Below the pieces are notes generated by a model. It had not been told where the DNA came from. It ran no database searches and saw only the letters and a program-made list of their open reading frames with translations. DNA of 64,000 nucleotides. Origin: Flavobacterium sp. (GTDB lineage Bacteria > Bacteroidota > Bacteroidia > Flavobacteriales > Flavobacteriaceae). Position 1 is the stretch's first letter. The number at the start of each line of letters is the position of its first letter. Below, piece by piece: positions 19,153 through 28,742 of the stretch. Position numbers and translations under genes: made by a program. The DNA lies in assembly GCF_036405015.1 (NCBI RefSeq), contig NZ_DASWYK010000243.1, positions 3,704 through 67,703 on the forward strand, read 5' to 3'.

Positions 19153-20682
19153 TTACGAATTCATTTTTTTAATTTCGTAAAGATCAGATCTACGGTCTTT
19201 TAACGTTTTAACGCTTCCATGTTCGTGAAGTTCTTTCAATAAATCGACATCAACGTCAACAATTAGAGTCATTTCGGTATTTGGAGTAGCCTCTGCTTTG
19301 ATTCCGTTACTTGGAAAAGCAAAATCAGATGGTGTAAATACAGAAGATTGCGCATATTGAATATCCATATTGTTCACTTTCGGAAGATTTCCAACACAAC
19401 CTGCTATGGCTACATAACACTCATTTTCGATGGCGCGAGCCTGCGAACAATGTTTGACACGTGTATAACCGTTTTGTGTATCTGTTAAAAAGGGCACAAA
19501 TAATATGTTCATTCCTTCATCTGCCAAAAGTCTTGAAAGTTCTGGAAACTCGACATCATAACAAATTAAAATTCCAATTTTACCGCAATCGGTATCGAAG
19601 GTTTTAAATTCTGAACCGCCTTTCATTCCCCAATGAATTACTTCGTTTGGTGTAATATGAATTTTGGTATACATTTCTGAAGTTCCGTCTCTTTTACATA
19701 AGAAACCGACATTATACAGATTTCCACTTTCTACATAAGGCATACTTCCAGTAATAATATTGATGTTGTATGAAATCGCAAATTCTTGGAATTTCTTTTG
19801 AATGGGATCAGTATGACGAGCCAGTTCACGAATGGCTTCAGCTTCAGATAAATGATTGTAATCGGCCATTAAAGGAGCTGTAAACAATTCCGGAAATAAA
19901 GCAAAGTCAGATCCATAACCAGAAACAGCATCGATAAAGAATTCGGCTTGTTCAAAAAGAGCTTCAACATTGTTCAACGGACGCATTTGCCACTGAATTA
20001 ATCCTAAACGAATGATGTTTTTCCTTAGGTTAATCAGTTTCGGACTTTCTTCATAATAAATATTGTTCCATTCCAGTAAAACAGCAAATTCTTTAGATTC
20101 TTCGTCACCTTCCAAATAATTTTTGATGATTCTTAAAACGTGAAAATCGTTGCTCAATTGGAAAGTCAATACTGGATCATATAATTCTTTGGTTCGAACT
20201 TTTTCAATATACGCTTTAGGAGACATTTTTTTAGCATGCTCTCTATAACTCGGAATTCGGCCAGCAAATACAATGGCTTTTAAGTTCAGTTGTTCGCAAA
20301 GTTCTTTTCTCGCGTCGTATAAACGTCTTCCTAAACGTAAACCTCTATAGTTTGGATGAATAAAAACATCAATTCCGTATAAAATTTCTGCACTTGGATT
20401 ATGAGTAGAGAAGGTGTAGTCGCCACTAATTTGCTGATAATTATGTCTTTTCTCTACTAATTTTTCATCGACAATAAGCGATAATGCCGAGCCCACTACC
20501 TTTCCGTCCACCAAAATTACGAGCTGTCCTTCTGGGAAAATAGAAAGAAGTCTTTCAATATCATCAGATCCCCAATACGAATCGGCCATTTCTGGATACG
20601 ATTCAATCATTGATTTTTTTAACTGTTTGTAATCTTCAATTTCTAAATTTCGTAATTCTACTTTTTTGATTTTTGCCTGCAT
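19153..20682 (-). CDS. GNAT acetyltransferase / carbon-nitrogen hydrolase fusion
   Basis: N-terminal YRGLRLGRRL; nitrilase triad FPE, YTKIH, ICYDVEFPE. Confidence 0.92.
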   Translation of the reverse strand: MQAKIKKVELRNLEIEDYKQLKKSMIESYPEMADSYWGSDDIERLLSIFPEGQLVILVDGKVVGSALSLIVDEKLVEKRHNYQQISGDYTFSTHNPSAEILYGIDVFIHPNYRGLRLGRRLYDARKELCEQLNLKAIVFAGRIPSYREHAKKMSPKAYIEKVRTKELYDPVLTFQLSNDFHVLRIIKNYLEGDEESKEFAVLLEWNNIYYEESPKLINLRKNIIRLGLIQWQMRPLNNVEALFEQAEFFIDAVSGYGSDFALFPELFTAPLMADYNHLSEAEAIRELARHTDPIQKKFQEFAISYNINIITGSMPYVESGNLYNVGFLCKRDGTSEMYTKIHITPNEVIHWGMKGGSEFKTFDTDCGKIGILICYDVEFPELSRLLADEGMNILFVPFLTDTQNGYTRVKHCSQARAIENECYVAIAGCVGNLPKVNNMDIQYAQSSVFTPSDFAFPSNGIKAEATPNTEMTLIVDVDVDLLKELHEHGSVKTLKDRRSDLYEIKKMNS

Positions 20683-20858
20683 ATAGTAAGATTTATCTCA
20701 AATATACAAAAAAAGAGTTCCATTTACAAACGTTTACAAATAGTTACAGTCGATAGTAAATAGTTAATAACCGACTGTCGTTTAAGGGTTTTCTCATCTT
20801 TGCATCGTTGAAGTTGACGAATAATTTCAATTTATATAACCTTAAAATAATATACGCC

Positions 20859-21185
20859 ATGAATGCAATGAAAAACAGAGTACAGTTAATCGGGAACGTA
20901 GGGAATGATCCAGAAATTAAAACATTAGAAAGCGGTAAAAAGCTAGCACATTTAACAATTGCCACACACGATGTTTACAGAAACGAAAAAGGTGACAAAG
21001 TAGAGCAAACCGAATGGCATCGTGTAACAGCTTGGGGGAAAACTGCCGAAATTATCGAAAAATTTGTTGTAAAAGGGAAAGAGGTTGCAATAGAAGGAAA
21101 GTTGACCCACAGAAGTTACGATGATAAAAACGGAGAGAGAAAATACATTACAGAAGTTGTTGTAAATGAGATTTTATTGCTATAA
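20859..21185 (+). CDS. ssb: Single-stranded DNA-binding protein (short, no acidic tail)
   Basis: NRVQLIGNVGNDPE, TEWHRV, KGKEVAIEGKL. Confidence 0.93.
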   Translation: MNAMKNRVQLIGNVGNDPEIKTLESGKKLAHLTIATHDVYRNEKGDKVEQTEWHRVTAWGKTAEIIEKFVVKGKEVAIEGKLTHRSYDDKNGERKYITEVVVNEILLL

Positions 21186-21209
21186 ATAATCTTTGACTAA
21201 ACGCCACGA

Positions 21210-21507
21210 AATACAATTAAACCCGACAGGCTTTTAAAACCTGTCGGGTTTTAAATTTTGAATGATTCATTCCGTAGGAATGTTTGGTCGGTAGAATTAG
21301 ATTGAGGTTTGCAGTGGTACGTTCCGTAGGAACGTTTGATTATTTGTGTGTCGTAAATCAAGTGTTCCTATGGAGCACAATTCCCAACCATGCTATTTTT
21401 TCTACCGACGAGATATTCCTACGGAATATTGAAAATTGTAATTAATATTCTTTTTTCTGTATAGCAAACCCGACAGGTTTTTAAAACCTGTCGGGTTTAA
21501 TTGTATT
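21210..21507. mobile_element. REPIN/MITE-like composite: palindrome doublet with nested 159-bp element
   Basis: Outer 42-bp inverted repeats (40/42) 21210-21251 and 21466-21507; inner arms 21269-21296 and 21400-21427. Confidence 0.75.
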
Positions 21508-21521
21508 AATTATAATCCATT

Positions 21522-22217
21522 TTATAAAACAGACGCCCCATTTATATCAGTCGTAAGCACTTCACTCATATAATCAAAAAAGGGCCTCATGTTTTTAAAA
21601 GCATCCAAAGCCATTTCTAAAAATTGCGGACTCAATACTTCTTCATCCGTAAAGCGTTTTATGACTAGAAATTGTTTGTAACGAAGTAAATCAATTGCTG
21701 GATGGTCTAAATCAAAACCTTTTGGTTTGGTTTTGAGTTGTTCGCCCTGAAGGGTTCCGAAATTGCTTTTAAAGGATTTTGAATTTAATATTTTTTGAAA
21801 GCTTTCGGGATCTTGAGCAAATTCTGCTCTTATTCTTTTTAAATCTGCAGCGCTTGGTCCCCAGAAGGCTCCGGCGAAAAAGCTGTTTCCTCCTTTTTCG
21901 AGGTGAAAATAATAACCGCCACGTCTTGCTGCGGTTGCACGCGTAAAACTGCCTCCCCAATAATCTTTGAAAGGAGTTTTATCTTTAGAAAAACGAATAT
22001 CACGATAAATTCGGTAAACGCTTTTCTTGCCAGAAGTATTTTCTAACACATCTGTTTTAGAAAGCTCTTTTAGCAAAGCACCTGCAAAATTTTCGATATG
22101 ATTTAATTCGATTAAATATTTTGATTTATTGGCTTCAAACCAAGGTTTGTTATTGTTTTCTTTTAGCTGAACCAAGAAATCGAGGCTTGATTTCGGGATT
22201 GTAATATTGTTTTCCAT
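21522..22217 (-). CDS. DUF2461 (TIGR02453) family protein
   Basis: NNNKPWFEANK, YRIYRDIRFSKDKTPFK, PKGFDLDHP. Confidence 0.92.
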   Translation of the reverse strand: MENNITIPKSSLDFLVQLKENNNKPWFEANKSKYLIELNHIENFAGALLKELSKTDVLENTSGKKSVYRIYRDIRFSKDKTPFKDYWGGSFTRATAARRGGYYFHLEKGGNSFFAGAFWGPSAADLKRIRAEFAQDPESFQKILNSKSFKSNFGTLQGEQLKTKPKGFDLDHPAIDLLRYKQFLVIKRFTDEEVLSPQFLEMALDAFKNMRPFFDYMSEVLTTDINGASVL

Positions 22218-22300
22218 AATGAATTTTAAGAATCGAAAGAGACTGCAATTTAAAACTAAAAAAACCACCAGAGAAATCTGATGGTTTTTTCTATATTTTG

Positions 22301-22486
22301 TTAAGCAGTTTTTTTGAATAAATCAAACATAGGACAACGTGAGCAACGCTTCTTTTCGCTTTTTTTATATTTCTCACAGCAAGAAGATTTACAGTTTTCA
22401 ATCTTCTTAATCTTCTCAAGGATAACTTTATTTTTTTTGTCTTTTTTATCCTTTTTCTTCTCCTTGTCTTTTTCTTTCTTGCCCAA
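22301..22486 (-). CDS. Small Lys-rich, Cys-cluster protein
   Basis: 61 aa, CKSSCCEKYKKSEKKRCSRCP; own promoter and downstream terminator (about 22259-22292). Confidence 0.7.
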   Translation of the reverse strand: MGKKEKDKEKKKDKKDKKNKVILEKIKKIENCKSSCCEKYKKSEKKRCSRCPMFDLFKKTA

Positions 22487-22513
22487 TTTTCCTCTGTATT
22501 ATAAAAACAGAGA

Positions 22514-22555
22514 CAAATATAAATCAAAAAAGTTATTTTTACATATTCTAAATAA
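22514..22555 (-). promoter_or_regulatory. sigma70 -7 element (TATATTTG) with overlapping Fur-box-like palindrome
   Basis: caaatata at 22514-22521; atttttacatattctaaat at 22535-22553 (15/19 to the recalled consensus ATTTAGAATTATTCTAAAT). Confidence 0.6.
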
Positions 22556-22568
22556 ACTTTAACTTTTT

Positions 22569-23087
22569 TTATTTTGGATTGATAGCAATTGAACTTGTAA
22601 CCGTTAATTGCTGAATATCACGGTCAAACAAATAAAGTCCACCTTTGTCATCACCAATCAAATTGATTTTATCTAAGATAGATTTTGCTGTAGCTTCTTC
22701 TTCAATTTGTTCCGAAACGTACCATTGTAAGAAATTGTGAGTTGCATAATCTCTTTCTTCAAAAGTGATATGTACCAATTCGTTGATAGATTTTGAAACA
22801 AAAAGTTCATGATTATAAAGTTCCTCAAACATTTCTTTAAAAGTAGAATAAGTTGTTTTAGGTGCTTTAAGATCTGTAACCTGAGCGTGTCCGCCACGTT
22901 CATTTACATATTTAACCAGTTTAAGCATGTGTGCACGCTCTTCGTCTGATTGTGTGTACATAAATTGAGCAATTCCTTCTAATCCTTGTACTTCAGCCCA
23001 ACAAGCCATTGAAAGATAAGTTTGTGAAGATTCTGCTTCTATTCTGATTTGCTTATTTAAAGCCGATTCTATATTGTTTGATAGCAT
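22569..23087 (-). CDS. ftnA: Non-heme ferritin
   Basis: QIRIEAESS, EERAHM, LQWYVSEQIEEE ferroxidase residues. Confidence 0.96.
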   Translation of the reverse strand: MLSNNIESALNKQIRIEAESSQTYLSMACWAEVQGLEGIAQFMYTQSDEERAHMLKLVKYVNERGGHAQVTDLKAPKTTYSTFKEMFEELYNHELFVSKSINELVHITFEERDYATHNFLQWYVSEQIEEEATAKSILDKINLIGDDKGGLYLFDRDIQQLTVTSSIAINPK

Positions 23088-23183
23088 AATATGTGTGTTT
23101 TTGGTAAAATTAAGAAAAAATAATCGAAATCGCTTTTTGAAAACCGCGAAAACATTACACTTTTGGATCAGCTTTCACTAATC

Positions 23184-24635
23184 TCAATGTGATTTTATAT
23201 CGCCAAAAGTGAACGGTTTCGAAAATTCAGATTTATTCATAATTGGATTTCCAATATCCTGCGTCATAATACCGTCTGTAAATTTTCGCATCAAAAATTG
23301 TTGAGAGGCACTTTCATAATAACTCAAAACATAATAATCTTTCAATCGTAATATATCATATATTCTGATTTCCTTATTGCTATTTAAATAATAAAATAAG
23401 TTATCAATAGCCAAAGGTCTTGATTGATAGTCTCTTGTGAAATTTAAATTTTGGTTTAACATAACATCAAAGTAAACGGCTTTCGTTAACGAATATGGAG
23501 TACGTTCTCCAAAATCACTTGAAGAATTGAATGAAAAATAAAAATCGGAATATTCTCCAAAACCGCTAAAAGTGATAAAACTATTTTGGTGGTTTTTAAA
23601 AATAGAAATACCAGCAGGAAGCCCGTTTATGCTTTTCAGGAATTTTTCAGTGGTTTTTAATTGACGAGGAGAATTGTTGTCAATTTGCATTGTAAAAGGC
23701 GAGTTCATAAAAGGAATCGTGTCATTTTTTGAGAATGTATAATTCTTAATGCCTTTCCCTGAATCAAAGTCTTTGATTTCAAACAAAAGGAATTCTTTAT
23801 TTGCCTTCATTTGAAATATTTTATTATCGCTATAAAATGAATTCGTTGTTCGGAACGGAGTTTCTGAAGCTGGCAGATCAAAAGTTTTTTCTTTTATATC
23901 GCCAGTATTAATGTTAAGATCGAAAGCTTGTGTTTTGGTAAGCGTATTGTCGAATGTCAAAATAATATGGTCTTGAACAACATACATTTTGCTTATGCTT
24001 GAAGCCAATTCTATAGGAGTGTAAATATCTGGGTCTATTTTGTTTATCGGGAAATATTTAATAAGTGCATTAAAAGAGATTTGTACATTCCTTTCATTCT
24101 TGAAAATAAATGACGAAAAATCAAACATTTTAATTTCACATTTTCCATCTTCGAATTTGTAAAGAAGCAAATGTTCAAAATCTTTTTCTTTTACCAGCAT
24201 ATAAAACTTGTTAAGTTGCTGGAAACAGCTGATGATATACTCGTGATTTTTAGGAAAATCAAATTTTAAGGATTCTGAGGTTTTGTTATCGAGATCATAG
24301 GTTGTAATTAAAATGTTTTTATAATTTTCTGAACTCCAGTACAACGATGGTTTTTTATGCTCATTGATACTGTAACCAATTAAATCACGACTAATTTCAT
24401 GTTTTAGAGAATCTTTAAATTGATTCGTAAGGAATAAAGACGAATTGTATTTTAAAATATTTACATTTTTATTATCCCAATTAAAAATATAAATATCCTT
24501 GGTTTTTTCGTCTTGAGCATTTAAAATCTGGGTTTTTCCTAGAAAGTTCAGATTTAATGGCAAAGAATTTAGCACTGTTTGGCTAAACAATATTGTTTTA
24601 GAAAACAAAAGAAAGAGGAGTAGCAGTTTTTTCAT
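23184..24635 (-). CDS. Secreted hypothetical protein, paralogue 1 of 4
   Basis: Signal peptide FS-Q; NSFY, PLAIDN, RKFTD motifs shared with the other three. Confidence 0.85.
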   Translation of the reverse strand: MKKLLLLFLLFSKTILFSQTVLNSLPLNLNFLGKTQILNAQDEKTKDIYIFNWDNKNVNILKYNSSLFLTNQFKDSLKHEISRDLIGYSINEHKKPSLYWSSENYKNILITTYDLDNKTSESLKFDFPKNHEYIISCFQQLNKFYMLVKEKDFEHLLLYKFEDGKCEIKMFDFSSFIFKNERNVQISFNALIKYFPINKIDPDIYTPIELASSISKMYVVQDHIILTFDNTLTKTQAFDLNINTGDIKEKTFDLPASETPFRTTNSFYSDNKIFQMKANKEFLLFEIKDFDSGKGIKNYTFSKNDTIPFMNSPFTMQIDNNSPRQLKTTEKFLKSINGLPAGISIFKNHQNSFITFSGFGEYSDFYFSFNSSSDFGERTPYSLTKAVYFDVMLNQNLNFTRDYQSRPLAIDNLFYYLNSNKEIRIYDILRLKDYYVLSYYESASQQFLMRKFTDGIMTQDIGNPIMNKSEFSKPFTFGDIKSH

Positions 24636-24706
24636 AGGTAAATATCCATCAAATTTTATTCCATTATATGCATTGAAAGTGAAACAAAAAAGTACTTAAG
24701 AACTTA

Positions 24707-26101
24707 CTAATCAAATCCGTCGGTGAATTTGCGTAAAACATATTCTTTGGCAATTGTATCATAATAACCTAAAATAGAATAATTGCTCAGTTTTAGAATA
24801 TTTGGAAAAAATATTTCCCGATGATTGTCTATAAAATAATAAATCTTGTCTGCTGCCAGAGGTTCATGAGTTTCGGTAGTTAATTCCAGTTTTTTTGTCC
24901 AAACGCTTTCCAAAAACACAGAATAATTGCTTTCTATGCTGTAATTATTGGATGGAAAGTCTCCAAAAAAATCATCAAACATATTAAAACCATTCATAGA
25001 TACGGTTCTCGAATTACTACCAGAACCTCCCAACGTGATAAAAAGATTCTTTTTGTTTTTGAATACTGAAAGTCCTGCATCAACAGAAGCTAATTCTTTT
25101 ATAAAACTGGCGGTTTTCTTGATTACTTTCGGTTTTCGATTTTCAATCTGCATCAAAAGTGGCGAATTGTTAAAGCGAATGGTATCTTTTTTTGTTACGT
25201 TAAATGATTTTAAAATTTCACCAGAATCGTAATCTTTGACGTCAAATAAAAGTTCATTCGAATTTACAGTAAGTTGATAGAGCTTATTTTCGTGATAAAA
25301 AGAATTAGAAGTTCTTGGATTTTTCTGGCCTAAAGGCTTTATAAATGTCTTTTCTTTTATCTCAGAATTTTCCAGATTTATATCAAAAAGCTGAGTTTTT
25401 CTGGGACTTTGGTCTAAAGTCAGAATTAAACGATTTGGAAGTGTATATAATTTGTTTTTTGCCACAACCCGATACAGTGGATTGTATTCTCCTGAATCCA
25501 TTTTCTCAATCGGATTTTCATTTAAAATCTGATTGAAGGTTTTCTGCTGGGTTTTTCGATCTCTAAATGTAAAAGAAGAGAAATCGAGAAACTTTTCGTC
25601 GGCAATTCCGTTTTTAAAAGTATATGCGGTTAATGCCTGTTTGTCTTTGTATTTCAGAATCAGATAAAAATTATTGTCTTTCTGATATTGTGCAATAATA
25701 GTTTGATTTTCAGTAGGAAAAGTGAATTTTAGTGCTTTGGTCGTTTTAGTTTCAAAATAGTATTTTATGACAATGATGTTCTTTTCTACAGGCGAAAACC
25801 AATAAACGGTCGGATTACCGTCTTCACTGAAGCTATATCCCATCATAGATCGGTTTTCAACATATTGACGTGTAGCCACAAACTGATCGTTTAGAAACAA
25901 AGCGCTATTGTATTTGAGAATCGTAAAATTATTGGGCGATGCTATAAAAACAAAGACATCATGTGTAATGGTGTTTTCTGCATTTAAAGTTTCACATTCT
26001 TCCTTTGGTGTTTTTAAATCTATTGGATAAGAAGTTAGTACTGTTTGACTTATCGAAACAGTACTATAGATTATAGCCAAAAAAAGGAAGATTTGTTTCA
26101 T
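24707..26101 (-). CDS. Secreted hypothetical protein, paralogue 2 of 4
   Basis: Signal IS-Q; SNSFYHENKLYQ, PLAADK, GYYD...RKFTD. Confidence 0.85.
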   Translation of the reverse strand: MKQIFLFLAIIYSTVSISQTVLTSYPIDLKTPKEECETLNAENTITHDVFVFIASPNNFTILKYNSALFLNDQFVATRQYVENRSMMGYSFSEDGNPTVYWFSPVEKNIIVIKYYFETKTTKALKFTFPTENQTIIAQYQKDNNFYLILKYKDKQALTAYTFKNGIADEKFLDFSSFTFRDRKTQQKTFNQILNENPIEKMDSGEYNPLYRVVAKNKLYTLPNRLILTLDQSPRKTQLFDINLENSEIKEKTFIKPLGQKNPRTSNSFYHENKLYQLTVNSNELLFDVKDYDSGEILKSFNVTKKDTIRFNNSPLLMQIENRKPKVIKKTASFIKELASVDAGLSVFKNKKNLFITLGGSGSNSRTVSMNGFNMFDDFFGDFPSNNYSIESNYSVFLESVWTKKLELTTETHEPLAADKIYYFIDNHREIFFPNILKLSNYSILGYYDTIAKEYVLRKFTDGFD

Positions 26102-26134
26102 ATGTTTTTTTGAACAAAAATTATTTCATTTAAT

Positions 26135-26764
26135 TTATTGATTCATAAGCTCTTGAAATAAATCTACAAATTGGCCAAGATGCATTCCATCCATCAAACC
26201 GTGATGTACATAAACAGCCATTGACATAGTTCTTTTTCCAGTTTCAGAAACCATCATTTTGCCAAAAGAAACTTTAGGGCAACTGTCAGGATAGGTAAAA
26301 CTTCTTGCGTGTGTAAGCGATGTAAAGTTTAACCACGGAATCGCCGAAAAATGAATCAGATTGTCATTGTCAAAAGATCTGGTGAAAAGTCCGGTTGTGT
26401 TTTGAATGCGTTCGATTTCTGTTAATGTATTTTGTTTGAAGATTTTAAAATCGGGATGATATTCAATTAATGAAAAACCAAAAGTACCGTCTTCACGTCC
26501 AATTGTTGCCGAAGCATCAACACGATCATTAATATAAATCTGATCTCCTGAAATTCGGTATTTAAAATTTTCAATTGCGTTTACCGCAGTTAAAGTTTTG
26601 TGTAAATAGAAAATGAAAAAAGAAGCGTTTAAACTTTTGGCCGTTTGATAGGCTTTGGTACAATCGATTTCTACAGTTGCGCCAAAGAAAGGTTCTTCCA
26701 TTTGTTTAAAATGAGCAAAATGCTCTTTTCTATTCCAGTTTTCTAAGTCTAAAAGTGTTTTCAT
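26135..26764 (-). CDS. cat: CatA-like (chloramphenicol) O-acetyltransferase
   Basis: WNRKEHF, FSAIPW, VHHGLMDG catalytic motif. Confidence 0.9.
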   Translation of the reverse strand: MKTLLDLENWNRKEHFAHFKQMEEPFFGATVEIDCTKAYQTAKSLNASFFIFYLHKTLTAVNAIENFKYRISGDQIYINDRVDASATIGREDGTFGFSLIEYHPDFKIFKQNTLTEIERIQNTTGLFTRSFDNDNLIHFSAIPWLNFTSLTHARSFTYPDSCPKVSFGKMMVSETGKRTMSMAVYVHHGLMDGMHLGQFVDLFQELMNQ

Positions 26765-27471
26765 TATAGTAAATTCGGAACCACTTCTGCAATAGTTTCA
26801 AATGAACTAAAATGCTCGTGTTCTATGGTATGATTAATTTTTTCGTGTTCCCAAGTGGTGTGAAACGGAATATGAACGGCATAACCTCCAATTCCTAAAA
26901 CCGGAAGAACATCTGATTTTAATGAATTTCCGATCATCAAAAACTCATGCGCCTGAATATCCAAACGACCCAACAGTTTTTGATAATCAATTTCTTGTTT
27001 GTCTGACATTACTTCAATATGGTGAAAATAATGACCCAAACCAGAACGATGTAGTTTGCTGTGTTGGTCTTTCAAATCGCCTTTTGTAGCCACAACCAAT
27101 TTGTACTTTCCTTTTAAAGCTTCAAGTGTTTCTTCGATTCCGTCTAAAAGTTCGATTGGTTTCTCCAATAATTCTTTTCCATATTGAATGATTTTTTCAA
27201 TCACTTCAACTGGAATAGTATTGTTTGAAATGTTCATTGCCGCTTCGATCATCGAAAGAATATAACCTTTGATTCCGTATCCGTATAAAGGCAGATTGGC
27301 AATTTCAATTTTAAATAATTCCTGCGAAATGCCTTGATGCGAAAGATAATCTTCCATTAAAGCACAAAATTTATGTTCGGTTTCTTGGAAATACGGTTCG
27401 TTTACAAACAAAGTGTCATCGGCATCAAAGGCGATTACTTTTAGATTTGGTATTTTAGTTTTATGTAACAT
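26764..27471 (-). CDS. HAD-superfamily hydrolase
   Basis: FDADDTL, TKGD, MIGNSLKSD; probable start MLHK. Confidence 0.92.
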   Translation of the reverse strand: MLHKTKIPNLKVIAFDADDTLFVNEPYFQETEHKFCALMEDYLSHQGISQELFKIEIANLPLYGYGIKGYILSMIEAAMNISNNTIPVEVIEKIIQYGKELLEKPIELLDGIEETLEALKGKYKLVVATKGDLKDQHSKLHRSGLGHYFHHIEVMSDKQEIDYQKLLGRLDIQAHEFLMIGNSLKSDVLPVLGIGGYAVHIPFHTTWEHEKINHTIEHEHFSSFETIAEVVPNLL

Positions 27472-27497
27472 GATGTTTTTTGTTTCAAGTTTTATTA

Positions 27498-27725
27498 GCC
27501 ACGAATTCACGAATTTTTTATTTGCGATAGCTAATGAGATAAATTATTTTAAAATCTAGAAAAGTAATTTCACGAATTTTTTCTGTTAAGATAAAAAATA
27601 AATCTGCTCAATCTGCGAGAGACTTTTTTACCACAAATTCCGCAAATTAGCACAAATTGCTTTCTGTTAAGATACAAAAATAAATCTGTGTAAATTCGTT
27701 TAAATCCGCGTCATCCGTGTTCCAT
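27498..27725. repeat. Mosaic of short-period repeat arms with a duplicated 27/28-bp spacer
   Basis: tttctgttaagata(c)aaaaataaatctg at 27580-27606 and 27661-27688. Confidence 0.8.
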
Positions 27726-27728
27726 TCT

Positions 27729-28616
27729 TTAACTCTTAGAAAATAAACTTTTTAAAGAAATGGTTTTATCGTAAAAAGTAATTCGGATTCCGAAAAGCAA
27801 AACGATTCCGCCGAAAACCATTTGTAAAGTTATTTTTTCTTCTAAAAACAACCAAGCCAAAAGCGAGGTAATTACAGCCTGGCTCAATAAACTCAAAGAA
27901 ACTCTCGTTGCACGCATGTGCTGTGTGGCATAACTAATCGAAAGCCAGGCACACAATTGACAAATGACTGCTTGTAAAACTAATACAAACCAGCCTTCAT
28001 TTGAAAATCCAGTAAAAGGTTCGTTTTGCGAATAGCATAAAATTCCCAAATAAATACTGGAAGACGTTAAACTGATTGTCATAAACGAAAGAACATCAAC
28101 CTGTGATAAAACATTTTTGCTAATTAAAAGATAAATCGAATATAATATTCCAGATAAAACCGCAAAAAGAAACGCTTTGTCAAAGTTCAGATCCACAAAA
28201 AATTCAAAGCCAACCAAAGTGATCATTCCGAAAAGTGAAACCACAGTTCCGATCCAAAAATTAGTTGCTGGACGAACTTTTAAAAAGAAAAAGGAACCAA
28301 TTCCAACCCAAACAGGAGATAAATTAGTCAAAAGTGAAGCTTGTGTCGCGCTTGATTCTTGAATGGCGATATTCCAAACAGCAACATCCGACGAGAATAT
28401 AACACCACAAAGTGCTGCTAAAAGCAAAAATTTTGGTTTTGGAAGTTTAAAATTCCCCGTAACAATGACATAAGGTAAAAGTAAAGTAACTGCAAAAGCC
28501 ATTCGGTAAAATGCCGAAATTAACCCTGGAGTTAAACGTAATTTTACCAAGATTGGAAAGATTGAAATACAAAGTATTCCAGCAATTAAGGCTAATCTTG
28601 GTTTGGTAATTTTCAT
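27729..28616 (-). CDS. DMT/EamA family transporter
   Basis: About 10 TM segments in two EamA halves; LLAWLFLEEK. Confidence 0.9.
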   Translation of the reverse strand: MKITKPRLALIAGILCISIFPILVKLRLTPGLISAFYRMAFAVTLLLPYVIVTGNFKLPKPKFLLLAALCGVIFSSDVAVWNIAIQESSATQASLLTNLSPVWVGIGSFFFLKVRPATNFWIGTVVSLFGMITLVGFEFFVDLNFDKAFLFAVLSGILYSIYLLISKNVLSQVDVLSFMTISLTSSSIYLGILCYSQNEPFTGFSNEGWFVLVLQAVICQLCAWLSISYATQHMRATRVSLSLLSQAVITSLLAWLFLEEKITLQMVFGGIVLLFGIRITFYDKTISLKSLFSKS

Positions 28617-28677
28617 TATGAATTTTATTCGTAAATTATTTTTCAAAGATAGTTTAGAAAGTCACTATTTTGAAAGC

Positions 28678-28717
28678 AAAAAGCGCGAATCAATTAAAAA
28701 TCTTAATCGGTTCGCAC
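28678..28717 (-). terminator. Terminator after flotillin gene, homologous to 30939-30978
   Basis: Hairpin plus U-tract on minus strand; 31/40 identical to the second copy. Confidence 0.8.
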
Positions 28718-28742
28718 TTTTTTATTTTAAAAAGAAGTTTTT

